This document shows, piece after piece, positions 1 through 8,650 of a stretch of DNA of 59,447 bases. Made by a program: the position numbers and the translations under genes. Origin of the DNA: Elusimicrobiota bacterium (GTDB taxonomy: Bacteria; Elusimicrobiota; Elusimicrobia; Elusimicrobiales; UBA9959); assembly GCA_029267355.1 (NCBI GenBank), contig JAJUJA010000005.1, forward strand, positions 1 through 59,447, in the 5' to 3' direction. Below the pieces are notes generated by a model. The model saw only the letters and a program-made list of their open reading frames with translations. It did not search any database and was not told where the DNA came from. Every line of letters begins with the position of its first letter. Position 1 is the first letter of the stretch.

Positions 1-107
1 CCGCCTCAAAGCTCTGAAATCTACAGTGTATTCCGGTTTTTTCTTTTCGAGCAATTCGGATGTTTCTTTTGCCGCCTCAAAGCTCTGAAATCTACAGTGT
101 ATTCCGG
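1..107 (-). CRISPR. Type V-B CRISPR array, leader-proximal end (2 repeats, 1 spacer visible; continues beyond the window start)
   Basis: Identical 36-bp repeats at 1-36 and 72-107 (minus strand CCGGAATACACTGTAGATTTCAGAGCTTTGAGGCGG) flank a 35-bp spacer (37-71). Located downstream of cas2. The repeat boundary at the window edge cannot be confirmed. Confidence 0.93.
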
Positions 108-290
108 AGCCGCTACATTAAATGATTATTTCTGCAGTGTTTTTTTAATATTTCGCGAGTGTGAATCAATTTAACATTCATATGCGGCATAAAAATAGCT
201 CTATGTGATTTTTTTCATATTCAAAAATCCTGCGAGCGCCACGTATAATACGCCTCAGGATATAAGCACTCGCATCAAGTAACACACAGC
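108..290 (-). promoter_or_regulatory. CRISPR leader
   Basis: AT-rich non-coding stretch between the tracrRNA and the first repeat. Carries three GCGAG(T/C)G motif copies (155-161, 232-238, and inverted at 267-273). Confidence 0.7.
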
Positions 291-373
291 AAAAAATAAC
301 AAGAACACACGCAGGTTTCAAAGAACTTTGTCTTTTCAATGGCGGGGAAAAGATGGTCGTTGGCCTTAGCCAC
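291..373 (-). ncRNA. tracrRNA of the Cas12b system (~80 nt)
   Basis: Minus strand of 302-330 (CAAAGUUCUUUGAAACCUGCGUGUGUUCU) pairs with about 28 nt of the repeat using G-U pairs and small bulges. Hairpin UCUUUUC/GAAAAGA (331-353) has loop CCCGCCAUU, whose CCGCC is complementary to the repeat 3' end GGCGG. 5' hairpin UGGC-UAAG-GCCA (361-372). U6 tract at 291-296. The position between cas2 and the array is typical of V-B. Confidence 0.85.
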
Positions 374-377
374 TAAT

Positions 378-406
378 AGTCTAGCAAAAAATTTTAAAAA
401 AATCAA
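378..406 (-). promoter_or_regulatory. Sigma70-type promoter of the tracrRNA
   Basis: TTGATT (406-401), 17 bp, TAGACT (383-378), with the extended -10 TG at 386-385. Predicted start ~373-371, at the first tracrRNA hairpin. Confidence 0.65.
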
Positions 407-422
407 GCAATAAATTTAAGCA

Positions 423-716
423 TCATATAATGGTGATTCTTGTCTTACCGCAATAAGGCCTCCCTATGGACTCTACTCGTACATTAGCATCCCCACTTTC
501 GGGACCCAAAGAAATAAACAGAACCTGATCATCTTCATGATTTAGCTCTTTTTGAATTTGTGATTTTAACTTTTCATACCTAAAATCATTCAAATGAGTC
601 TCAAAAACTGAATTCTGCAAACGGCGTCCATAACCTTCCATAATCCTGGCAATATTTCTTAAACGATGCGGGTTACTAATATCGTAGCTTACAATGTAAA
701 CCTTATTTCTGCTCAT
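423..716 (-). CDS. cas2: CRISPR-associated endoribonuclease Cas2
   Basis: 97 aa, YIVSYDI and RLQNSVFE motifs; ATGA overlap with cas4-cas1. Confidence 0.96.
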   Translation of the reverse strand: MSRNKVYIVSYDISNPHRLRNIARIMEGYGRRLQNSVFETHLNDFRYEKLKSQIQKELNHEDDQVLFISLGPESGDANVRVESIGRPYCGKTRITII

Positions 717-2404
717 CTAGTAGTAAATGATGTGTAGGTATCTGCTTCGCCTCGTAAAAATCTCCAAAGCTGCCTAGCTTGTATTTCAAACATTCTCCTG
801 TAACTCATTTTGTAACCAAAAACAGGGTGTGTTATTTCCGTATCAAGCCTCCTAACCCATCCCTGCCAAAACGTTCTTCGCCCACCATCATTTAAGTTAC
901 ACCCACTAGAAGAAAACATGAAATCTGATTTCAAGTCAAGTTCCCCCCTATTAATCAAAGAAATTACAAGACTATCAACGATAAGCGGCCTAAATTCCTC
1001 CATAAGATCAAGAGCCAAAGCAGGCCTCCCATACCTCGGGTGATGGTAAAACCCAAGAAATGGGTCAAGGCCTACTGTGTAACACACGCCCGTAATCTCT
1101 TTTGCGAGAACGCTATAACCCAAAGAAAGGAGTGAATTCACCGGGTCCCTTGGCGGCCGACGGTTCCTATTTTTAAAATCGAAACTAATATTTTTTATCA
1201 TCGTTGAAAATTGAGAAAAATAAATTGCTGCCGCTTCACCTTCAATACCAAGAAGCTGATTTTCATTTTCAGCACTGTTGGCCTTATCTTTCAGATATTT
1301 CATCTTCCCAATGAAGATTTCATTGGGCTCGCCGTTTCTCATTAATAGAACTCTTTGGTTGGTAATCTTTCCTCTTATTATTTCTCTTGAAAGTTTCATT
1401 TTTATTTCTGGGTTATCAAAAAGCATGTACTGAGCACGTCTTGCGTCAATACCTGAGACAGGTAAACCGCGCAAAAGGCCAAGAAATCTTCCAGAAGATG
1501 AAAAATATGAAACATCTATATTTTCCTCAAGACATGTCTGCATCAGTTGTGCACTTATTTGAACAGGCCCGTATAGGTATATAGAACGAAGCTGATGCAC
1601 AGGAATTTTGCTTGCTGCAATACCATCACAACTTACATATATTTCTTCCCCGTGTTTCCCGACATAGGCTTTAGGATTTTGCACCACCAAAACTTCCCCA
1701 TCGTCGCTGTCAGCCATTGGCGGTTTAATTTCATTTTCAGATTTTGAATCTGGGTTTGCCCAATATCTGCTTTCGTTTGGTAAGCAAACCGGATAAGCCG
1801 AACAGTATAAACATCTACTATCATCTTTTAGAGGTGGAGGGCACTTGCCGGATGCCGCTAGTTCTCTTGCGTCAAGAATAAGTTTCCTTACCTTTTCAAA
1901 TAAATCCTCAGTTAAATCAACAGGCACACGTTTTTTATCAGCAGCATAATAAACGAAAGCCCTGTTTACGGCAAGGCCGTTCTCTCTCATTAACAAGGCC
2001 TGTGCTGCAATTTGCATGGCATCAGGTTCCTTGACAGCATATTCACCCTCACTAAGATGTCGTGAAGAGCCTCTTTTATACTCAACAATTTCTGTTAAAT
2101 TCGCATCTTTCTCAATTATGTCTATTACACCCACAAGTCCAAGTGATTTGCTTTCCAATTTGAGACTTTTTATCGTAGTGCCATCGGAAAGTTCAAATTT
2201 ATCTATATCTGAAAACTTAGATGGTTGATCCACATTCCTATGAACATAACTCCCAGAAACTGTATCGGCATTTTCCTGAAAGATATTCTCCACCCACTGT
2301 AAATAAAAAAGCCGCGGGCAGTAAACAAAGTTGTGAAGATTGCGGATGCCCATTACAGGCTGCTTTCCATAGTCATTGTCTATCCTAAGATGTGAGTCTG
2401 TCAT
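713..2404 (-). CDS. cas1: Cas4-Cas1 fusion protein
   Basis: N-terminal Cas4 (YCPR, D..VEYKRG, QxxxQ, CxxCxxxxxC Fe-S cysteines). C-terminal Cas1 (LLGIEGEAAAIYF, RNRRPPRDPVN, GFYH, LDLMEEFRP). The fusion is typical of V-B and I-G. Confidence 0.96.
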   Translation of the reverse strand: MTDSHLRIDNDYGKQPVMGIRNLHNFVYCPRLFYLQWVENIFQENADTVSGSYVHRNVDQPSKFSDIDKFELSDGTTIKSLKLESKSLGLVGVIDIIEKDANLTEIVEYKRGSSRHLSEGEYAVKEPDAMQIAAQALLMRENGLAVNRAFVYYAADKKRVPVDLTEDLFEKVRKLILDARELAASGKCPPPLKDDSRCLYCSAYPVCLPNESRYWANPDSKSENEIKPPMADSDDGEVLVVQNPKAYVGKHGEEIYVSCDGIAASKIPVHQLRSIYLYGPVQISAQLMQTCLEENIDVSYFSSSGRFLGLLRGLPVSGIDARRAQYMLFDNPEIKMKLSREIIRGKITNQRVLLMRNGEPNEIFIGKMKYLKDKANSAENENQLLGIEGEAAAIYFSQFSTMIKNISFDFKNRNRRPPRDPVNSLLSLGYSVLAKEITGVCYTVGLDPFLGFYHHPRYGRPALALDLMEEFRPLIVDSLVISLINRGELDLKSDFMFSSSGCNLNDGGRRTFWQGWVRRLDTEITHPVFGYKMSYRRMFEIQARQLWRFLRGEADTYTSFTTR

Positions 2405-2442
2405 TTCTATTACTTAACACCCCTATCAAATTAACCTTGCAT

Positions 2443-5400
2443 TTACTGTACCTTTTCCCCGTTAATCTTAGCGCATACTACCCATTCCAAATCCCTTACG
2501 GTTTTCCATAATGCTTCCCCGCTAAAAACTTTTATACCTTTGCCTTCCAATTCTGCACAACCCCACTGAACCTTACCAGAAATATCTATAAAATAGTTCG
2601 GGTTCCTGTCTTCCTCCTCATCAGATGATCCTTGATTTTTGTTAAGAATTTTTACAGATTCATTTCCTAAAAACCTTTTTTCGTTCGCATAAATATCATT
2701 TTTGATTTTCTTGCTGCGAATACGAGAATGTATAGATAATTCTTCAGGGGATGCTATTGCTCTCAGGCCAATATTCACCGCTGCATTTACGTCAGCCTGA
2801 ATTATTTTTGGCTTAAGCCCGTCCCTTTCTGTTTCAAAAGTTATAGGAATGAAGATTGGGCCTCCGCTGATAGGCAGAAGAATTGTATTTTTTTTATTAC
2901 CTCCAGACAAATTTTCCATATTCTTAAGAAGCTTTTTCGCTTCCTGTATTTTGACAGCCATCTCTGTATAAGACCCATCCTTATTTTTTTTCTCCTTCAG
3001 CCAAGACCATGGGGCGGTATTTTCAAAACCACTGGAAACTTCAACTGCTCTGAAACCTGCAACACCGGTTCGAGAACAAAATCGGGAAGAATAAGCTGCC
3101 GGCACCTCGATTACCATGGGAATATTCTTTTTACCAACTTTTATAGAGGGATAAAAAACTTCAGAAAACATTTTTAATTTATCTATCACAGCCCTGTGAC
3201 ACCATTTCATTAAGCGGCTATTTTCTCTGGGTGCTCTGCCTTGAGAAGAAAGATAACGCGACAAATTTTCAACAACTATAAAATCAACAGGTTCATATTG
3301 TCTCTCATAACTACCATGGTGGTCTCCGATGTTACCTTTGCTATTTTCTGATGGTTTTGAAAGTCTGAGACCGAGAGCCTTAGCAATTATCATATGAGCT
3401 GTTTGATTAATCCGCTCTTCCTTAATTCTGTCCAGCTTCTCCAATATATCAGGACAACAATCAGGTATTGACTCATCTCTGCTAATAATGAAATCTTCAC
3501 TTGTTTTACGTCTTAATAAATGATTCATGGATTGGAAACGCTTGCGAAGTTCAGTCAATTGCTCTAATCTAGACATAGATAAACCTCTTTGCCCACAAAC
3601 AAGAACATTTTTGGGGGCAGAACCATTTTGGGTAAGAATACCATAATCCGTGTTCTGCGGATGTCTTTCCCATTTCCAACTTCTACCTCTCAAGGGCAAT
3701 ATGCGATTTGCTATACTAACGAGTATATCAGGCAGTTCTCTCTTTCTCTTCTCTATCTCTTTTTTTATTTCATCCAAAACAGCTTCTTTGTTCGATTGAA
3801 TGTTTTTTTTCCAATAATCAGGAATACTGCTATCTTCTTGTATTTCGTTAACTGCAATACCAATCTTATTTCCCAGGCCTAAAAAAAATGCCCATCTGTA
3901 AAGTTTAGATAAATATGTTTGATATCTTTTGACGGCGACGAGCAGCTTATCATTCTGCTCGGGGAATGAAAGATCTACCTTCCAATTTGGCGCTAGACTA
4001 TTTTCAACATCGAAGCCAAGTTTTAAAAAAAGAGCTTCTGCCTCTTTTGACTCATAATCCAAAGATTTACGTCCTTTTGATCCGGATAACTCTTCAAGAT
4101 ATTTGAACTCTCCATTGTCATCTTTACGCCATATTTTTACATCCTCCCCATGCAACCTTAACAGGCCAATATCGACGACCTTTGAATACCATTTATTTGT
4201 TCCATCAAAACCTATGTATCTTGATTTACCATCACTTTTCTTTGAAATTTTCAACCTCGCGTACGCTCCGGCATTTCTTTGACCAAGATCTACGGAAAGA
4301 CATGAAAATGAATCCAACATATCCCACCATCCTTTTTCAGGAGGATTTTTAGGTTTTTCTTCATTTGGCCAACGAAGACTGTTAATAGTCTCATGCCCGA
4401 AATTAAATTGCCCTTTCCAATTAATCCCTCTAGAAACTTTTTTTTGGATATTTTCACTCTTGAGCTCAACAGGAAACACGAGCTGAATATTGTCCATCGC
4501 ATAGGGCATTAGAGTAACCTTGGTTCTATCAAAGTTTTGATTATCATATTCTTTAATACCTAGAGCTTTCATCATAGGCTGAATCCAAGAAACAGACCCA
4601 AGGTTTTCTTCTCCTTCATGACGCAAGGCATCTCTAATCATACGGGGGGAGGAATAAGTTATCTTTATTTTCTTGACAATATACGGCATAGTCCCGCCAT
4701 TATTTTTTACACACAGGTGTACTTCCAATGACATATGGCCGTGAACATCCAATCCTTTTACATGACTCGCAGAATACTCGCCATCTTTTGGAAAATCAAA
4801 ATAGCGCGGAGAAAAAGTAGAATGAGCCGGGGTAAAATGTATGGGCCTTGTTTTATCTTTGTAGTCAAGTAAAAGAACACTATAGTTCATCCATGCATAC
4901 AAAACATCCTTTGCGTGATACTGCTCAGTTCCTTCATCTCGCCATATCGGCTGGTATTTTTCTTCAATGAGAGCATTAAACAATGGGGCACTGCCGAAAT
5001 CATCGTAATGTGCGGACTGTAATTCAACAAGAGTTTTTTTAAGCCTCAATCTCAATTCAACCTGTTCAAGATTTTGTCGGGCCAATTTTAGCCACTTATC
5101 ACGCAATTCCTTGTATCCACGCAAAGTTCTTTGAGATACTGAGTATTCTCTTATTCCGGATGATACCCCGTCTTCTGACTCAGTCAAGTAGCCAAGTTTA
5201 TTACAGAGAAGATCTTTAATCAGTTCAACTCTTTTATCATCTTTAAATCCAGGTATTACTATCTCTTCTTTATCATCGCCTTGAATTGAATGTTTAGTTA
5301 ATGATCCTTCACCTTCAAAAAAATCTATTTTTCTCTTTATTTCTTTAGCCTCTTCATCTCTTTTTTGGGTATCTTCAAAATATCTATGAGGGGCAATTAT

Positions 5401-6519
5401 TGCCTCTATAAAAGCAGCTAAATCCATTTGGAACCATGAGGCCCTATTGTTCTTTTTATTGGCAATTACCAAGTTGGTGAAATATTCAAACGGGTTTTGA
5501 TTATTATTCGAACTTCTTAAAGCATTAAGATAATCAATTGACTGTAGCGTATTTTCTTTTCCTCCTTCCTTGTTACTTTTCTTTGCTCTTACAAACTCAC
5601 TTTTTGTAAGTTTCTGAAATATAGCAACAATATCTCTGTGAGGAAAGTAGCTAAAAACCACCGCACATGGAAATACACCAGAAGGCTTTCTACCCAATTT
5701 CTTAAGAGGCTTTCCTTTAATTTTCTCTCTCAATCTTTTCTCGTATTCTCCTCTAAGTTGCCTTATATTATCATATTTCTTCGAGAGATCGTCAAAATAT
5801 TTAATTGCAAGAGACTCACCTGAATCTTCAAGCTTTTTATCCTCAGGGATTTTAGTAATGAAAAGGTAGGGATTAACTTCTTCTGAAAGTTTATTTAGTT
5901 TTTCTTCGTCTAAATTTTCTTCATGAAGCTTTTTTATGAAAGGCAGTCTCCCTATCTTTTGTTTTTCAGATTCATCTTTTGATGTAGCATTAAAACATTC
6001 TTTCTTGGAACATAAAAAAGGCAAAACTTCGCTGCAAACTTTGTTTAAATCGCGACCTCTGGAAATATCCAACAAGTAAAGCAGGGCTAATCCCATATTT
6101 TTGGAATCTCCATTATATAACTTACTAATCTCTTTCTTACAAGAATCAAAATCAGATTTACAATTGAGCAGTTTAGAAATTTTTAATCCTGGCCCATCAA
6201 ATTCAATAAATCTCTTCTTCCCTTTAGTCCAGTTATTTCTGACCTCATTGGACCAATCAGCTACAGCTTTAATTTTGGCTTTAGCATTAGACTTTTCATC
6301 AGGCTCATTAAATAAACTTAAATATTTTTTTTCGAAGTCTCCTGATTTGCAAGTTTCAGCCATAGTTGCCAGCATAAGAGTATAATAGTTTACTGCATCT
6401 TGAAAGAGCTCGTGATGGTGCCAAAGAATATTTTGCCACTCAGATTTCGACATTTTTCCCCATTGTCCAGCATTATAAGACTCAACCTCAATAACTTTAC
6501 CCTGATACATTCTGTTCAT
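2443..6519 (-). CDS. cas12b: Type V-B effector Cas12b (C2c1), long 1358-aa form
   Basis: N-terminus NRMYQGKV..LWHHHELFQDAVNYY. RuvC-I SVDLGQR (D744), RuvC-II IVVENLSRY (E1084), AAYSSRF, RuvC-III QADVNAAVNI (D1243). SD GGAGG. Order effector-cas4/1-cas2-tracr-array. Confidence 0.92.
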   Translation of the reverse strand: MNRMYQGKVIEVESYNAGQWGKMSKSEWQNILWHHHELFQDAVNYYTLMLATMAETCKSGDFEKKYLSLFNEPDEKSNAKAKIKAVADWSNEVRNNWTKGKKRFIEFDGPGLKISKLLNCKSDFDSCKKEISKLYNGDSKNMGLALLYLLDISRGRDLNKVCSEVLPFLCSKKECFNATSKDESEKQKIGRLPFIKKLHEENLDEEKLNKLSEEVNPYLFITKIPEDKKLEDSGESLAIKYFDDLSKKYDNIRQLRGEYEKRLREKIKGKPLKKLGRKPSGVFPCAVVFSYFPHRDIVAIFQKLTKSEFVRAKKSNKEGGKENTLQSIDYLNALRSSNNNQNPFEYFTNLVIANKKNNRASWFQMDLAAFIEAIIAPHRYFEDTQKRDEEAKEIKRKIDFFEGEGSLTKHSIQGDDKEEIVIPGFKDDKRVELIKDLLCNKLGYLTESEDGVSSGIREYSVSQRTLRGYKELRDKWLKLARQNLEQVELRLRLKKTLVELQSAHYDDFGSAPLFNALIEEKYQPIWRDEGTEQYHAKDVLYAWMNYSVLLLDYKDKTRPIHFTPAHSTFSPRYFDFPKDGEYSASHVKGLDVHGHMSLEVHLCVKNNGGTMPYIVKKIKITYSSPRMIRDALRHEGEENLGSVSWIQPMMKALGIKEYDNQNFDRTKVTLMPYAMDNIQLVFPVELKSENIQKKVSRGINWKGQFNFGHETINSLRWPNEEKPKNPPEKGWWDMLDSFSCLSVDLGQRNAGAYARLKISKKSDGKSRYIGFDGTNKWYSKVVDIGLLRLHGEDVKIWRKDDNGEFKYLEELSGSKGRKSLDYESKEAEALFLKLGFDVENSLAPNWKVDLSFPEQNDKLLVAVKRYQTYLSKLYRWAFFLGLGNKIGIAVNEIQEDSSIPDYWKKNIQSNKEAVLDEIKKEIEKRKRELPDILVSIANRILPLRGRSWKWERHPQNTDYGILTQNGSAPKNVLVCGQRGLSMSRLEQLTELRKRFQSMNHLLRRKTSEDFIISRDESIPDCCPDILEKLDRIKEERINQTAHMIIAKALGLRLSKPSENSKGNIGDHHGSYERQYEPVDFIVVENLSRYLSSQGRAPRENSRLMKWCHRAVIDKLKMFSEVFYPSIKVGKKNIPMVIEVPAAYSSRFCSRTGVAGFRAVEVSSGFENTAPWSWLKEKKNKDGSYTEMAVKIQEAKKLLKNMENLSGGNKKNTILLPISGGPIFIPITFETERDGLKPKIIQADVNAAVNIGLRAIASPEELSIHSRIRSKKIKNDIYANEKRFLGNESVKILNKNQGSSDEEEDRNPNYFIDISGKVQWGCAELEGKGIKVFSGEALWKTVRDLEWVVCAKINGEKVQ

Positions 6520-6626
6520 GATTCCTCCAGAAAGACAAACTTATTCTACCACATCATCGCGACAGGGACGTGTCGCGGTAAAAAAGAGGTTTTAAATAGC
6601 TTTTATGCCCGCAAGACTACAATTCT

Positions 6627-6655
6627 AATTTACAAAAAATGAATGTATATTTCAA
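6627..6655 (-). promoter_or_regulatory. Candidate cas operon promoter
   Basis: TTGAAA (6655-6650), 17 bp, TAAATT (6632-6627) upstream of cas12b. The region is AT-rich, so a chance match is possible. Confidence 0.4.
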
Positions 6656-6703
6656 ATTTATATCTTGTCTGGGCACAAAGTCCTACCCGAACCGGGGGCG
6701 GGG

Positions 6704-8521
6704 TTAGATGAATTGCTTGTCGCCGCGTTTCCTGAGGGAATGGTCAAGTATTTTTTTTCTCATTCTTACGCTTTTGGGAGTGACTTCCACAAACTCGTCT
6801 TCGGCTATGTATTCAAGCGCCTGCTCTAATGAAAGCCGCCGCGGCGGAGTAAGAATTATTGACTCGTCAGAGCCGGAGGAGCGCATATTGCTTTGCTTCT
6901 TTTCTTTACAGGGGTTCACGACCAGATCATTGTCTCTGAGATTTTCGCCCACTATCTGGCCCATATAAACATCTTCGCCTGGTCCGACAAACATTTTGCC
7001 GTGGTCCTGAAGATAATTAAGGGAATAGGAAGCTGTCTGGCCTGTTTCTTTGACTATGAAAACGCCGAGCCTCGCCGGCGGCTGGAAGGCGCCTTTCGGC
7101 ATATAGCCGTGAAAGCTTTGATGCATAAGGCCGTTGCCCTTGGTCAAGGTCATAAATTCATTTTTGAAACCTATAAGGGCCTTTGAAGAAATCAAATATT
7201 CAAGCCGTACTCTGCCCTGGGAATCTGTTTCCATATTTCTCATTTTGGCGTTTCTTTTGCCCATTGAATCCATGACCGCGCCCTGAAATTCGCTTGGCAA
7301 ATCAACTATTACCTCTTCCACCGGCTCGCACACCACGCCGTTTTCCGTTTTCTCTATTATTTTCATCTTGGACACGCAAAGCTCAAAGCCCTCTCTGCGC
7401 ATAGTTTCAATTAAAACCGAAAGATGAAGCTCGCCGCGGCCGGAAACTTTATACCCGCTTTCGCCGGGTATATCCTCAACTTTAAGCCCGACATTTACCT
7501 GAGCTTCCCTGAAAAGTCTGTCTCTAATCTGGGTTATATTAACGAATTTCCCCTCTTTGCCGGCGAATGGGCCGTCATTGGCGTAAAATTCCATTGATAT
7601 TGTCGGTTCATCTATTTTAAGCCCTTCAAGAAAGCCGGGATTTTCCTCGCAGGATACGGTGTCGCCTGCGTCTATGCCGTCAAGCCCGTAAAGAGCGGCT
7701 ATATCGCCGCATACCGCCTTTTGAACCTCTTTCTTTTCAAGCCCGTCGTACTTCATTATCTGTAAAACTTTCCTTTTTAAATTTTTTCCTGCCGCAGACA
7801 TCAAAACAACATTTTGATTTTTGGACACTTCCCCTGAAACTATTCTGCCTATGCCTATTCTGCCTGTATAAGGGCTGTAATCAAGCATGGTTACAAGCAT
7901 TCTCAGCGGTTTATCTCTTTCGTCTTTGGGCCCCGGTATATGCCTGATTATCGCCTCAAAAAGCGGGTCAAGATTTTCGCCTTTTTTATTCAGATCATCT
8001 GTCGCTATCCCCTGCTTGCCTGAAGCGTAAATCACGGGGAAATCAAGCTGTCTGTCAGAGGCGTTCAAGTCTATGAAAAGCGAAAAAACCTTGTCCAGCG
8101 CCTTGTGAGCTTCCGCATTGGGCCTGTCTATCTTGTTTATGACCACCAGAGCTTTAAGGTCCAGCTCAAGAGCTTTCTTCAAAACAAATCTTGTCTGCGG
8201 CATAGGGCCGTCGAGAGCGTCAACAAGCAGCAGAACGCCGTCCACCATCCTTAAAACTCTTTCAACCTCGCTTGAAAAATCGGCATGGCCCGGCGTGTCA
8301 ACTATATGTATGGCCGTATCCTTGTATTTTACTGATGTGTTTTTGGAAAGTATGGTTATGCCTCTTTCTCTTTCCAGATCATTTGAATCCATTACGCATT
8401 CAGCATTTTCATCCTTGACCTTGAAATAACCGGTCTGTTTCAGCATAGCGTCAACAAGAGTTGTCTTGCCGTGGTCAACATGGGCCACTATGGCTATATT
8501 GCGCAAATCTTTTCTTTCCAT
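6704..8521 (-). CDS. typA: Translational GTPase TypA/BipA
   Basis: NIAIVAHVDHGKTTLVD, ERERGITI, DTPGH, NKID, GRGELHL, EVTPKSVRMRK. Start moved to the ATG at 8521. Confidence 0.96.
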   Translation of the reverse strand: MERKDLRNIAIVAHVDHGKTTLVDAMLKQTGYFKVKDENAECVMDSNDLERERGITILSKNTSVKYKDTAIHIVDTPGHADFSSEVERVLRMVDGVLLLVDALDGPMPQTRFVLKKALELDLKALVVINKIDRPNAEAHKALDKVFSLFIDLNASDRQLDFPVIYASGKQGIATDDLNKKGENLDPLFEAIIRHIPGPKDERDKPLRMLVTMLDYSPYTGRIGIGRIVSGEVSKNQNVVLMSAAGKNLKRKVLQIMKYDGLEKKEVQKAVCGDIAALYGLDGIDAGDTVSCEENPGFLEGLKIDEPTISMEFYANDGPFAGKEGKFVNITQIRDRLFREAQVNVGLKVEDIPGESGYKVSGRGELHLSVLIETMRREGFELCVSKMKIIEKTENGVVCEPVEEVIVDLPSEFQGAVMDSMGKRNAKMRNMETDSQGRVRLEYLISSKALIGFKNEFMTLTKGNGLMHQSFHGYMPKGAFQPPARLGVFIVKETGQTASYSLNYLQDHGKMFVGPGEDVYMGQIVGENLRDNDLVVNPCKEKKQSNMRSSGSDESIILTPPRRLSLEQALEYIAEDEFVEVTPKSVRMRKKILDHSLRKRGDKQFI

Positions 8522-8650
8522 ACTTTTTCCTTTACTCAAGTTCTTTTTATTTTCAAACCGGTCAATCGTAAAATGAGGGCACCGGAAGGTAAAAAGACAA
8601 TATATTTTAGCAAATTTGAAAGTTTGCGGTAGTAAGATTATTGGTAAATA

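Noticed and set aside
120-176. IHF site in the CRISPR leader
   Set aside because: AATCAA-like words are present but lack the downstream TTR of the WATCAANNNNTTR consensus.
2443-6519. Alternative call as Cas12a, Cas12k/CAST or TnpB
   Set aside because: The fused cas4-cas1, tracrRNA, intact RuvC triad, size and absence of tns genes in the window all fit V-B.
6400-6642. 80-aa ORF at the cas12b 5' end as a possible accessory or anti-CRISPR gene
   Set aside because: TTG start, overlaps cas12b antisense by 120 bp, no SD or motif.
6682-6703. GC-rich stretch after the typA stop as a terminator or att site
   Set aside because: Only a short imperfect stem and weak U-tract. No integrase or matching direct repeat is visible, and the other island end is outside the window.
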